Shown here one piece after another: positions 7,255 to 16,965 of a stretch of DNA of 64,000 nt (the first letter of the stretch is position 1; the number at the start of each line of letters is the position of its first letter). The notes below the pieces were generated by a model. That model saw only the letters and a list, made by a program, of their open reading frames with translations, was not told where the DNA came from and ran no database searches. The translations under genes and the position numbers were made by a program. Origin of the DNA: an uncultured virus (IMG/VR IMGVR_UViG_3300010342_000180) (lineage: Duplodnaviria; Heunggongvirae; Uroviricota; Caudoviricetes); IMG/VR virus record IMGVR_UViG_3300010342_000180; one strand, 5' to 3'.

Positions 7255-7527
7255 TTGTTTAATTTAAAAATGATATGTGGGATGGGTCAGAAATTTTATT
7301 CGGAAATAGGAGAACGAGATGTTCTCAGTCCAAAAATTTTAAAGATTTCGAAAGAATGTATAAAAGATCGAAGAAGAATTTATATTCCTGAACTTCGTCT
7401 TATTGCGTATAGTAAAGCAAATGAAACAATTGAAGAAACAAGGCGAAGATATTTCAGGAATACTCTTACTTTTCGTAATTTGGCAAATTCAGATAAAAAT
7501 AATGATAAAAATAAAACTGGAAAATAA
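7255..7527 (+). CDS. Hypothetical protein
   Basis: ORF follows a TTTG...TATCTTTG promoter; the true start may be ATG 7270. Confidence 0.5.
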   Translation: MFNLKMICGMGQKFYSEIGERDVLSPKILKISKECIKDRRRIYIPELRLIAYSKANETIEETRRRYFRNTLTFRNLANSDKNNDKNKTGK

Positions 7528-7629
7528 ATTATTTTACACCAAAATGTTTTTATCTTGATTATCTGATATTTATTTTTAATTATTATTTTATAATAGCGAA
7601 ATTATATATAAATAAAATTTAATGTAACT

Positions 7630-8253
7630 ATGAAAAAAATAATTAGTCTAATTTTTTTATTATTTTTTTATAAAACTTTATCAGCACCTTTAACGTCATC
7701 CGAAAATTATGTAAATTTAATTAATAATATATTAATATATTATAATAAAACTATTTATGAGAAACAATTAGATATGTTTATTAATTATCTTGGATATAGA
7801 GAATCGGGAAATAATTGGAAAATTGTAAATAATGCAAATTGTCTTGGTGAATGGCAATTTAGCGAATTGACTTTAAGATATCTAGGATATAAACATATTA
7901 CTGCGGAAAAATTTAAATCTGATAGTTCAATATTTCCTAGAAAATTACAACTTGAAATATTAAAAACTTATATGGAAATAAATGAAATTTCTTTAAAACC
8001 TTATGAAATATATATTGGTTCTGAAATTAATGGTATTTTAATAACTAAATCGGGTTTACTTGCAGGAGCACATCTTGGCGGAGTTGGTAGTGTAAAACTT
8101 TTTATTGAGTCTAATGGTAATATAGATAAAGAAGATTCGAATGGATCTAAAATATCAACTTATCTTAAAGAATTTTCCATATATAACTTGTCTGGAACAT
8201 ATTATCATAATTTTTTAGAATATAATAAAGACAACGATAAATTATACCAATAA
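7630..8253 (+). CDS. Secreted lysozyme-like/lytic transglycosylase-like protein
   Basis: Signal peptide; YRESGNNW, LGEWQF and SGLLAGAHLGGVG motifs. Confidence 0.65.
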   Translation: MKKIISLIFLLFFYKTLSAPLTSSENYVNLINNILIYYNKTIYEKQLDMFINYLGYRESGNNWKIVNNANCLGEWQFSELTLRYLGYKHITAEKFKSDSSIFPRKLQLEILKTYMEINEISLKPYEIYIGSEINGILITKSGLLAGAHLGGVGSVKLFIESNGNIDKEDSNGSKISTYLKEFSIYNLSGTYYHNFLEYNKDNDKLYQ

Positions 8254-8295
8254 TAACGTTTCCTTATTTAGTTTAAAATAAGGTGGTGGAGTTGG

Positions 8296-8330
8296 AAAAA
8301 AAAGTCGAAGTAAATTTCGACTTTTTTTTT
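8296..8330 (+). terminator. Intrinsic terminator (possibly bidirectional)
   Basis: A-tract, GTCGAAG-taaa-TTTCGAC, T-tract. Confidence 0.75.
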
Positions 8331-8350
8331 ATTGTTAGTATTTATTATTA

Positions 8351-9775
8351 ATGAAATATATTATTAGTGAATCGGAAAAAGCTAGTATATTAGATTTGTA
8401 TGGTATCAAATATAATGAGCCAATGCCATTAGAAAAATTATCAACATGTAAGTATACTGCTAACGGGAAATACGTTTTATATGAAAATGTATTATACTCT
8501 TGTGAAACAGGTGAAGAAGTTGTATTAAATGAAGCATGGACATTAAGTGATATTCTTCATGCTGGCGCTGATTTAGTTTCAGCCGGATTAGATTTTGTGA
8601 TTCCCGGAACTGGTATGGTTGTAGATACATTAAATGGTTTAAGTTATTTAATCGAAGCCCAATTTAAAAAACCAGAAGAACAATCAGCATTATATATAAT
8701 GGCCGCAATAACTTTTGGATTTGCAATAATACCTGGAGCATTTCAAACTATAGCAATTCCATTAAAAAGAGCAATTAAAACCGGTGTAAAATTTACATCA
8801 CCTATATTAATTGAAGGAATAAAAACTGTTGCTAAATTTATGGATAAAATATTATTAGGATTACCAAGTACAGTTACAAGAGCATTAAAAAGCCCATTAG
8901 CGAAAAGAATATTAGGAAAATGGGGACCAAAAATAAAGGGTATTGTTGATAATTTTGTAAAAACAGCAAAACAATATTTTGATAATATATTAATTACATA
9001 TAATTTAAAAACTGATACAAAAGTAGTATCTAAAACCGCTACAAAAGTAGGTGCTAAAACCGCCACAAAAGCAACATTAACAAGAACAGGAAGAAGATCA
9101 TTATTTAATTTCTTTAAAAGAACACCTAAAATAAAAAACGGTAGAATAGTTTTAAAAAAAGCAGGATTCGTTCCAGGTAGGGTATATAGATATATGGGCC
9201 CAAAAGGCATGACTACGGGTACAATAAGAAATGTAACAGATGATTTAGTTACGATTGTTTTTAAAAATGGGGCAACAACTACTTTTCCAATAAATACTTT
9301 CATTAGAAATGCAATAGGAGCTCCATGGGTAAGAAGAGGGCGTGGTGTACTAGTACCATTATTTGTTAAAAGATTTTCTGATATGTTATTACCTGATGGA
9401 TCTGATATAAATTACAATCTATTAGATCATTTTGATGATTTAGATCCTGATATGGTTTCTCAAGAAACATTAGATTATATGCAAGAAGAATTATCTCAAT
9501 ATGAGGGTGATATTGGACATTATAATGTAAATCAAAATGTACAATTATTCCAAACATCATTAGTATTATTGGGTTATCCATTACCAAGATTTGGAATTGA
9601 TGGAAAATTTGGGCCAGAAACCATGGGACAATTAAGACAATTTCAAATTGATAATAATCTAACATCTTCATTGGGTAAATTTGATAGAATTACTGCAAGA
9701 AAAATGGCTGAAATACTTGATATTAATAATGTACAAAATTCAGAAAAATTACAACATTCACTAAATTCAATATAG
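8351..9775 (+). CDS. Phage protein with pre-toxin-like hydrophobic segment and C-terminal peptidoglycan-binding domain
   Basis: DLVSAGLDFVIPGTG...DTLNG hydrophobic helices; C-terminal VQLFQ..L..LGY...IDGKFGPET...FQ. Confidence 0.65.
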   Translation: MKYIISESEKASILDLYGIKYNEPMPLEKLSTCKYTANGKYVLYENVLYSCETGEEVVLNEAWTLSDILHAGADLVSAGLDFVIPGTGMVVDTLNGLSYLIEAQFKKPEEQSALYIMAAITFGFAIIPGAFQTIAIPLKRAIKTGVKFTSPILIEGIKTVAKFMDKILLGLPSTVTRALKSPLAKRILGKWGPKIKGIVDNFVKTAKQYFDNILITYNLKTDTKVVSKTATKVGAKTATKATLTRTGRRSLFNFFKRTPKIKNGRIVLKKAGFVPGRVYRYMGPKGMTTGTIRNVTDDLVTIVFKNGATTTFPINTFIRNAIGAPWVRRGRGVLVPLFVKRFSDMLLPDGSDINYNLLDHFDDLDPDMVSQETLDYMQEELSQYEGDIGHYNVNQNVQLFQTSLVLLGYPLPRFGIDGKFGPETMGQLRQFQIDNNLTSSLGKFDRITARKMAEILDINNVQNSEKLQHSLNSI

Positions 9776-10201
9776 ATGGCAAATATATCACTAATGCTTA
9801 TTATTAATAATGGTAAAATTCTCGTATGTAAAAGAGAGAAAAAAGACGATGATAAATTTTCTGAAATGTATGGACTTCCCGGAGGACATGTTAGAAAAAA
9901 TGAATCATATAAAGATGGTGCCATTAGAGAAACTAAAGAAGAAACAAACTTGATTATTAATAATCCTAAATTCATTAAAACATATGAGTTTGATAATAAT
10001 CAAATTCATTTATTTGTTAAAGAAGTTAAAGATATTAATAATATTAAATTAAATCATGAACACACAGAATATAAACTTATCTCACCAAATAGTCTTAAAA
10101 ATCCTGAAATTATACCTACAACAAAAGATATGTATGATGATTATAAAAAGAAATGTTTAAAAGAAGAAATAGATAGAATGAAACACCTTTTTTTATTTTA
10201 A
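9776..10201 (+). CDS. Nudix hydrolase
   Basis: Nudix box GGHVRKNESYKDGAIRETKEETNL. Confidence 0.9.
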   Translation: MANISLMLIINNGKILVCKREKKDDDKFSEMYGLPGGHVRKNESYKDGAIRETKEETNLIINNPKFIKTYEFDNNQIHLFVKEVKDINNIKLNHEHTEYKLISPNSLKNPEIIPTTKDMYDDYKKKCLKEEIDRMKHLFLF

Positions 10202-10215
10202 TTAAATAATTAAAA

Positions 10216-11141
10216 TTATATAATAATTTTCATTAAATACTTTATTTCTGTAATTTGATTTTCTAATCCAATTTTTTTAATAATTTCTATAGCCTGATCT
10301 TTTGTTAAATTTGGATTTTCATACCAAGCATCTTGAACAGCATTTTTTATTTTACCAATTAATGGTCCATTATTAATATTTAATATTTTTTTAATATTAT
10401 TCCCATCAATTGGTAATTTCACTTCAAAATTTCCTGTATTTAAATTTTCGATACGATTTTTAATATTTTTAATTTGATTTGGCATTGACGCAGCATCTGA
10501 ATGTGATACATTATCTGCATGAATAAGATCTAATATATCATTCATATTTGAATATTTTTTAATATTTGGTAATATATTATCATCAAAATTAAAATTATAT
10601 TTAACAGCAAATCTAATTGCTCTTAGCATTCTTAAAGGATCATCTTGATAAATAATTTTAGGGTCTGATGGCGTTCGAATTATACCTAATTTTAAGTCAG
10701 AAATTCCATTTCCGTAAGATCTAATATTTCATTAGTAGAAACATTACGCATAAGAGTATTTATCGTTAAATCTCTTCTTAATACGTCATCCATTAAAACA
10801 CCACTTGTGACTTCAGGTTTTTTAGATCCACTTTTATATTTTTCTTTTCTTGGTGCGACAAATTCTATATCAATATTATCATACAAAAGTTTAGCTGTAC
10901 CATAATCTGGAAATATCACAGGATTACTTCCATCTTTAAAAATGTTCCATTTTTTTGATAACCAAATAGAAAAGTCAATTCCGGATGAAATATCACCATC
11001 AACAATAAAATCCAAATCTTTTGGCGGTTTACCCATTACTTGATCTCTCACAGCACCACCAACAAGAAAAACCTTATTTTCCCATTCAGTATTTTTTATA
11101 GTTTGTTTTATAAACTCTAAAACCTGTTCTTCATATGTCAT
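10216..11141 (-). pseudogene. cca: CCA-adding tRNA nucleotidyltransferase, frameshifted and internally shortened
   Basis: VGGAVRD, DLDF, RRDLTIN, then a 1-nt deletion near 10712. The other frame continues GISDLKLGIIRTP...DDPLRMLRAIRFA. The ERI/HD region appears absent. Confidence 0.8.
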
Positions 11142-11215
11142 ATGGATTTTATTATATAAATATTGTTTTTTTAAATTAAAAGTATTACATTTGCTATTAC
11201 ATATAATATTGGTAA

Positions 11216-12754
11216 ATGAGTAACACAATTAGCGTAGTTATTTCTACACGAAAAAAAGATGATAATTTTTATCAACACATAAAAAAGGCACTTTCACATC
11301 CTAAAAGTGAAATATTACTATACGAAAATGATGGTCAATTTTCGTTGGCCGAAGTTTATAATAAAGGACTGGAAGAAAGTAAAAATGAAATTGTGCTTTT
11401 TATGCACGATGATATTATTATTAAAACAACTAATTTAACACATAAAATAATTAAATTATTTGAAAAATTTCCTGATTATGGGATTATTGGGGTCGCTGGT
11501 ACAACTGATTTAGTAAATGGAAAATGGTGGGAAATTAAAAAATCTATGCATGGTAAGGTTTCGCACACTAAAGATGGTAAAACATGGACTAATAAATATT
11601 CAAAAGAATCATATATTGATATTTTAAAAGATGTTGTTACTATTGATGGGTTGTTTTTTATAGTAAATAAATCTAAAATTAAAAAACAATTTGATACAGA
11701 TTTTGAAGGGTTTCATTTCTACGATATTCCATTCTGTGTTTCTAACTATATTGAGGGTGTTAGAATTGGTGTAACGACTAAATTCGATATTATACATAAA
11801 TCTATTGGTGAAACAAATGAACAATGGGAAATAAATAAAAAACAATTTGAAGAAAAATTTAAAGATATTCTTCCTATTAAAATGACCAATAATAAAAGTC
11901 TGGCAGAAAAAATGAATTATTCGAAAAATAGTATTGGCGTTGGTATGGTAACATATAATAATCCATATAGAATAAAAGAATCATCATTTACAATTCCCAG
12001 TTGGATAGAACACTTTGTTATTGTTAATGATGGAACACCATACGATCCCTCAGTTTATCCTAAACATGCTCATATTATACAACATCCATACAATAAATCT
12101 GTTGGACAAGCCAAAAATTCTGCAATGAAATATCTTCTGGAAAAAGGTTGTGAGCACATTTTTATAATTGAAGATGATATATTAATACAATCAGATGAGG
12201 TTTTCGACAAATATATAAAAGCATCTCTTTATTCTGGTATTAAACATTTAAATTATGCCTTGCATGGACCGGCAAATAAAAAGGGTGCTAAAGGGTTTGA
12301 AAATCTTGACGAAAGGGGACAACAAGATTATCTTACTGAGCCAAATCCAAAACAAATTATTAAATATACAGACGATATTCAAATTGCATTATATCCAAAC
12401 TGTGTTGGGGCATTTTCATATTATCAAAGAGAAGTATTAGAAACAATCGGATTATTTGATGAATTTTATAAAAATGCGTGGGAGCATGTTGATCATACAA
12501 TGAAAGCATATCAAAAAGGATTTACCACACCATATTGGTGGTTTGCAGATATCGGTGAATCATGGAAATATATAAAAGATATTGAAGGTTCAATACAAAA
12601 TTCAACTATTAGTCATGATGATAAATGGTCGGAAAATTTTAAACGAGGAATGAGACATTTTTATAATAAATTTGGTGCTGCACCAACACGGGTTCCTGAT
12701 GTAAATCCAGAATTAGTGAAACAAAATTTAAATTATTTATTTCATAATAGATAA
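11216..12754 (+). CDS. Two-domain GT-A glycosyltransferase (GT2-like)
   Basis: YNKGL..SKNEIVLFMHDD; FHFYD; second domain VNDG...HIFIIEDDI...GLFDEFY..AWEHVD. Confidence 0.8.
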   Translation: MSNTISVVISTRKKDDNFYQHIKKALSHPKSEILLYENDGQFSLAEVYNKGLEESKNEIVLFMHDDIIIKTTNLTHKIIKLFEKFPDYGIIGVAGTTDLVNGKWWEIKKSMHGKVSHTKDGKTWTNKYSKESYIDILKDVVTIDGLFFIVNKSKIKKQFDTDFEGFHFYDIPFCVSNYIEGVRIGVTTKFDIIHKSIGETNEQWEINKKQFEEKFKDILPIKMTNNKSLAEKMNYSKNSIGVGMVTYNNPYRIKESSFTIPSWIEHFVIVNDGTPYDPSVYPKHAHIIQHPYNKSVGQAKNSAMKYLLEKGCEHIFIIEDDILIQSDEVFDKYIKASLYSGIKHLNYALHGPANKKGAKGFENLDERGQQDYLTEPNPKQIIKYTDDIQIALYPNCVGAFSYYQREVLETIGLFDEFYKNAWEHVDHTMKAYQKGFTTPYWWFADIGESWKYIKDIEGSIQNSTISHDDKWSENFKRGMRHFYNKFGAAPTRVPDVNPELVKQNLNYLFHNR

Positions 12755-12759
12755 AAAAT

Positions 12760-12790
12760 TTTGAAAATTAAAAAAATATTTATATATTTG
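12760..12790 (+). promoter_or_regulatory. Bacteroidota sigmaA-type promoter for tmRNA
   Basis: TTTG, 19 nt, TATATTTG. Confidence 0.75.
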
Positions 12791-12810
12791 CACAAGTTCA
12801 TTTACATTAT

Positions 12811-13199
12811 GGGGGTGACATGGTATTGATTGGCGTACAACGGATCAATGGGCAAGTGGTCAGATATCTTCTATGACTTAAAACTATGAAGGTAACATTT
12901 AAATGGCAACATTTATAAAAACATGGAAATTGCAGGTTTACTTGCAAAATCTAGCGTAGTAGCCTAATCTCAGAAAGGGCTCTACAAGGGGTCGGAAGAA
13001 CCTATCAACAGAATCTCCGAAGCTGATACTGCTTATAGTATCAAAAGTTGTTTGTGGCCCGTCTTAAACGAACCATCGAAAGTTGCGGATAACAATAGAG
13101 GCTGGAATCCGATATTTGTCGATTATGAATAATCGAATAAACTTGTAGTCCATTTATTCTTTGACGAGCAAGACTCGCGTTCGATTCGCGACACCTCCA
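12811..13199 (+). ncRNA. ssrA: tmRNA
   Basis: GGGGGTG/CACCTCC-A acceptor with G3-U70; T arm TCGCG-TTCGATT-CGCGA; tag frame 12905-12967 GNIYKNMEIAGLLAKSSVVA*. Confidence 0.9.
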
Positions 13200-13222
13200 C
13201 TAATTAATTTAAAGTCATTATG

Positions 13223-13257
13223 CACGAACAAAGGGACCTTGTGTCCCTTTGTTCGTG
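13223..13257. terminator. Perfect 15-bp hairpin between tmRNA and a convergent gene
   Basis: CACGAACAAAGGGAC-cttgt-GTCCCTTTGTTCGTG. Confidence 0.6.
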
Positions 13258-13343
13258 ATTAATTGAACAACCTCCTTTTCGTTTTATATGATTTTATTGA
13301 TTATAGTGATTAAACCATAATCTTGTTATAAATATAAATTATC

Positions 13344-14480
13344 TTATTTTTCCACTTCTTTTTTTGCTAAATTATCTTCTTTTTTTACTAATCTATATTT
13401 TTTTAATGCATCGGCTTTTGTTACGGTGCTTGGTTTCATAGGTATAAGATTTGATTTATCTGGCGATTGAGCTAGAGTGGGTGGTTTTAAATGTCCAATT
13501 TCGGGTTTCACAATATTTTGAGATTTTAAACAAATATCAGCAATATCACTATGTGTAAAGCTTTTACTATATGAGCCGTCAATTTTTGCTAATGCTGCTT
13601 CAGTTTTAGGTCCGAATTTTCCATCTTGAATAAGACCTAAACATCTTTGAACTATAGATACACCATCTCCAGATGTCCCACGAACATAAGGATCATCTAT
13701 TGTTCCTTTAACTGGTTTATATCCACTCATTACCGGTACAGGCGCATTAACTGGCGGTGCTATATGCGTATTAGATTCAGGTGGCGTAATTTTAGAAGAT
13801 TTATCAGATTTTTGTTCTTTACCCATTAATTCAGCTTGTTTTGCGAATCTTAAAACAAGATTTCTTATTGGCCTATATATTCTCATCCATTCTTTAGTTT
13901 GATCAAAATCTCTATTAAGTTGTTTTAAAAGATGAATTGTATTATCTTGATTATATCGATCTATTAATGCGGCAAAATCCGATATTGTTTGTAAAGATTC
14001 GAATACCTTATAAACATCTTTTTCTCTTGTACCAAGTCTTTTCATAGCACTATATAATATATCTGCAGCATCCCATATTTCTTCATCAGACATACCTCTT
14101 GGTATTTTATCTATCTTTTCTTTATTATCTTCGACATATTTAAATATTTTAACAACTTTTGGATACATTTTATCTTTATCATTTAGCCAAAGAACAAGAG
14201 GAACCAAACCCAAAGCAGCCGCACCGGCTAAAGTAGCTCCAACTGTCGCTGCAGCTCCCGTGCTTATTGCCGCCCCAGTATATCCAGCAACTGCCGGACC
14301 TGCTAGATATCCACCTAGACCCGCAAGACCCGCACCTTTTGCGGTTTTTAATGCTAATTCACCCGGAACTGTTTGTTCATTTAGTGAGATAGTATCTCTA
14401 TTTTCTATTAATGTTTTAGTTGAATCATAATTCATTAAAAATTTAATTTTATTTAAAGATTCATCAATATTTTGATTCAT
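13344..14480 (-). CDS. Phage protein with Ala/Gly-rich membrane segment, annexin-like repeat and peptidoglycan-binding motif
   Basis: ADILYSAMKRLGTREKDV; VQRCLGLIQDGKFGPKTE. Confidence 0.6.
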   Translation of the reverse strand: MNQNIDESLNKIKFLMNYDSTKTLIENRDTISLNEQTVPGELALKTAKGAGLAGLGGYLAGPAVAGYTGAAISTGAAATVGATLAGAAALGLVPLVLWLNDKDKMYPKVVKIFKYVEDNKEKIDKIPRGMSDEEIWDAADILYSAMKRLGTREKDVYKVFESLQTISDFAALIDRYNQDNTIHLLKQLNRDFDQTKEWMRIYRPIRNLVLRFAKQAELMGKEQKSDKSSKITPPESNTHIAPPVNAPVPVMSGYKPVKGTIDDPYVRGTSGDGVSIVQRCLGLIQDGKFGPKTEAALAKIDGSYSKSFTHSDIADICLKSQNIVKPEIGHLKPPTLAQSPDKSNLIPMKPSTVTKADALKKYRLVKKEDNLAKKEVEK

Positions 14481-14518
14481 TTTTTTTATATTATTTAGTT
14501 TATTTTATTATAAATATT

Positions 14519-14800
14519 TTATTTTAGTGGATTTGCCTTACCTCTCGATATTTTACTTCCAACAACACCAGACCAATTAGATTTTGTATCTATTTGATTA
14601 GCCGGGCCTCTAGTAACGCCACTTTCCCAATGTCCAACATCAGGATATGAAGGATAATCTTCTGCAGACATACTTGATCCAATATCTCCATATGATGCGA
14701 ATCCCGTTGTTTGATTACTTGTTGATGAAGCGGCTTCTTCAACATCTTGTTTATGTTGAAGTATTGAAGAAAGTTGCTTTTCAGTAATTATCATTTTCAT
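14519..14800 (-). CDS. Phage hypothetical protein (MKMIITEKQL leader; WESGVTRGPAN repeat motif)
   Basis: 93-aa ORF with a duplicated W...RG.AN motif. Confidence 0.6.
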   Translation of the reverse strand: MKMIITEKQLSSILQHKQDVEEAASSTSNQTTGFASYGDIGSSMSAEDYPSYPDVGHWESGVTRGPANQIDTKSNWSGVVGSKISRGKANPLK

Positions 14801-14881
14801 ATCATATAAATATTAAAAAAAAAACATTTGAAACTTTTGTGTATCATAAAAATAATTATATTTGTATAAATTTTTATTAAA

Positions 14882-15445
14882 ATGAATATAAAAAAAATAT
14901 TATTTTTCTTATTATTAATTCCACTTTTATTTGGATGTGAGATTTATACTGAAAAAACCAATCCACAACACACAATAAATGGAAACTGGACAATAGTAGA
15001 TATAATACCTGAATATTCTAAAGATTTAAAAGTTATTAATGATAACTATTATGCAATTGCTCCTTTTGATATAATATCAATTAATAATAATCAATGGTTA
15101 ATTAAAAATGACACAACCGGTATATTACCGTGTTATTTTTATAAAAAGGGATATATTTGGGAATTTGATTATAATAACCTCATAATTAAAAATGATAGAA
15201 ATAAAATACTTGGCCACTATTATATTAATTTTTGGTATGGATATCGTATAAGTTTAATTGATAAATTAACAATGGCCAACATTTCAGGAGAATTTATATT
15301 ATTTTTTCCTCAAGTTCCATATGGTGCAACACCAGGAAATGTTATGTATGTAAGAGTTCCTGAATTTAATTTTAATCTTGATGGCCCCGAAAGAAGATAT
15401 GATAGATTAATAAAACAAAATATAACATTAACATTTATGAGATAA
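14882..15445 (+). CDS. Putative lipoprotein
   Basis: Signal peptide ending in the lipobox LLFG-C. Confidence 0.6.
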   Translation: MNIKKILFFLLLIPLLFGCEIYTEKTNPQHTINGNWTIVDIIPEYSKDLKVINDNYYAIAPFDIISINNNQWLIKNDTTGILPCYFYKKGYIWEFDYNNLIIKNDRNKILGHYYINFWYGYRISLIDKLTMANISGEFILFFPQVPYGATPGNVMYVRVPEFNFNLDGPERRYDRLIKQNITLTFMR

Positions 15446-16432
15446 TTATTCATCATAAATTGTTGAGTCAATTAAAGCAAATTTTTTAATAAGTTGTCCT
15501 GCGATAGCATTAGCATCATCTTCAATTGGTCCTCCTATATCTGGCGGTGGTGTTTTTAATTTCCCATCTTCCCATTGTTTATGATGAACCAATTCATGCG
15601 CAACACTTCTCATAACATCTACAGACATCCTATTTTTACAATAAATTTTCATTATTTTTTCATCTTTACTATAATCATAATTAGCTGTGGTTTTTATTCC
15701 ATCTTTATTATGAGTAATAATAATAGTTGGAGGATGTTTAATTTTTAATTCTTTTATTACGTATTTAATAAAATTTTTAATTTTATTTGTTGACTTTTTT
15801 TTTAATCCTTCAGTTAAATTAGATTGTATTATAACAGGATTAAGAGCAATATGATTTTTATTAAGAATTTCATAATGTAAATGTGGACCAGTTGATGTTC
15901 CATGCATTGGATCATTTATTCCTCCCCCAGATAAACCAATCATATCACCCTTTTTTACTATTTCTCCTGGTCTAACATTTATTTGTCTTAAATGACAAAA
16001 TTTAGTATAAATTTCGCCATGATTTAACTTAATAAATCCGCCACATCCGTTTGGATAAGTATCCCTTGCATCAATAACCATACCATCTAATGGAGCATAT
16101 ACAGGAGATCCGGATGGCGTTGCAATATCAATTCCTTTATGATAACGACTACCTTTTATTGAATGTCTAAATCCAAATTCACTACTTATTGGTCGTTTAT
16201 GGCCTAATGGATGCATCATTTCATTTGGATGATTATTATTCATGTCCAGATTATTAATATTTGATCCAAATTTAAGAAGTTTTGACTTTAATTCTGGTGA
16301 TAAATTAGATCTTTCTATATTAGAATAAAGTTTAGTTATGAAATTAGAAAATGTATCAGATTTAAGTAAATTATTTAAATCTAATTTTTTGATTAAATTT
16401 TCAATTTGTTGTTCTGTTATTTTAACTTTCAT
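15446..16432 (-). CDS. M23 peptidase fused to a HExxH metallopeptidase-like domain
   Basis: HKGIDIA...STGPHLHYE; C-terminal SVAHELVHHKQ...EDDANA.AG. Confidence 0.85.
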   Translation of the reverse strand: MKVKITEQQIENLIKKLDLNNLLKSDTFSNFITKLYSNIERSNLSPELKSKLLKFGSNINNLDMNNNHPNEMMHPLGHKRPISSEFGFRHSIKGSRYHKGIDIATPSGSPVYAPLDGMVIDARDTYPNGCGGFIKLNHGEIYTKFCHLRQINVRPGEIVKKGDMIGLSGGGINDPMHGTSTGPHLHYEILNKNHIALNPVIIQSNLTEGLKKKSTNKIKNFIKYVIKELKIKHPPTIIITHNKDGIKTTANYDYSKDEKIMKIYCKNRMSVDVMRSVAHELVHHKQWEDGKLKTPPPDIGGPIEDDANAIAGQLIKKFALIDSTIYDE

Positions 16433-16481
16433 AATATATATAAATATATTAGTTATATTATTTATTATATTTATATATGAA

Positions 16482-16787
16482 ATGTCGATAAATTTTTTGC
16501 TTCAAGCTGTTAGAATTATTCATGTTGGAAATTATACTGATACTGAAATAACAACGATATATGATTTTTTACGAAATCTTGATAATATCACATTAAATAG
16601 TTATTTTAATTCACATCAAGTCTTACAATATCAAAATGATTTGGAATTTTGCGTTGAAGTAATTGATGCCATGATAAAAATATTTGAGGATAAAGAAGAA
16701 TATGAAAATTGTCAGATATTATTAAATATAAAAAAAGATGCGCAATCAATAATGTTAATAAATATTAATGAATATGAACATACTTGA
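16482..16787 (+). CDS. Hypothetical protein
   Basis: Probable start MSINFLL after ATATTTAT; FEDKEEYENC motif. Confidence 0.55.
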   Translation: MSINFLLQAVRIIHVGNYTDTEITTIYDFLRNLDNITLNSYFNSHQVLQYQNDLEFCVEVIDAMIKIFEDKEEYENCQILLNIKKDAQSIMLININEYEHT

Positions 16788-16914
16788 ATTATCTGAAGAA
16801 GAAAAAAAGATTATTCGTAAACAACATGAAGACGCAATAAAAAATATTCGTCAAAAAATAAAAGACAAAGAAGATGGGCTAAAAGTTCCACAAAAATCTA
16901 ATGAAAAAAAATGA
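16774..16914 (+). CDS. Small hypothetical protein (MNILELSEEEKKIIRKQH)
   Basis: 46-aa ORF read by eye; carries the L-x-E leader motif. Confidence 0.5.
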   Translation: MNILELSEEEKKIIRKQHEDAIKNIRQKIKDKEDGLKVPQKSNEKK

Positions 16915-16932
16915 TTTTAACCTAACTTCGTA

Positions 16933-16965
16933 AAAACCCCCTTCCTTTAGGGAGGGGTGGTTCAC
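16933..16965 (+). mobile_element. Isolated IS200/IS605-family right-end hairpin
   Basis: ACCCCCTTCC-TTTA-GGGAGGGG-TGG-TTCAC resembles the CCCC.CCCTTTAGGG.GGGG..GTTCAC right ends of TnpB elements. Confidence 0.5.
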
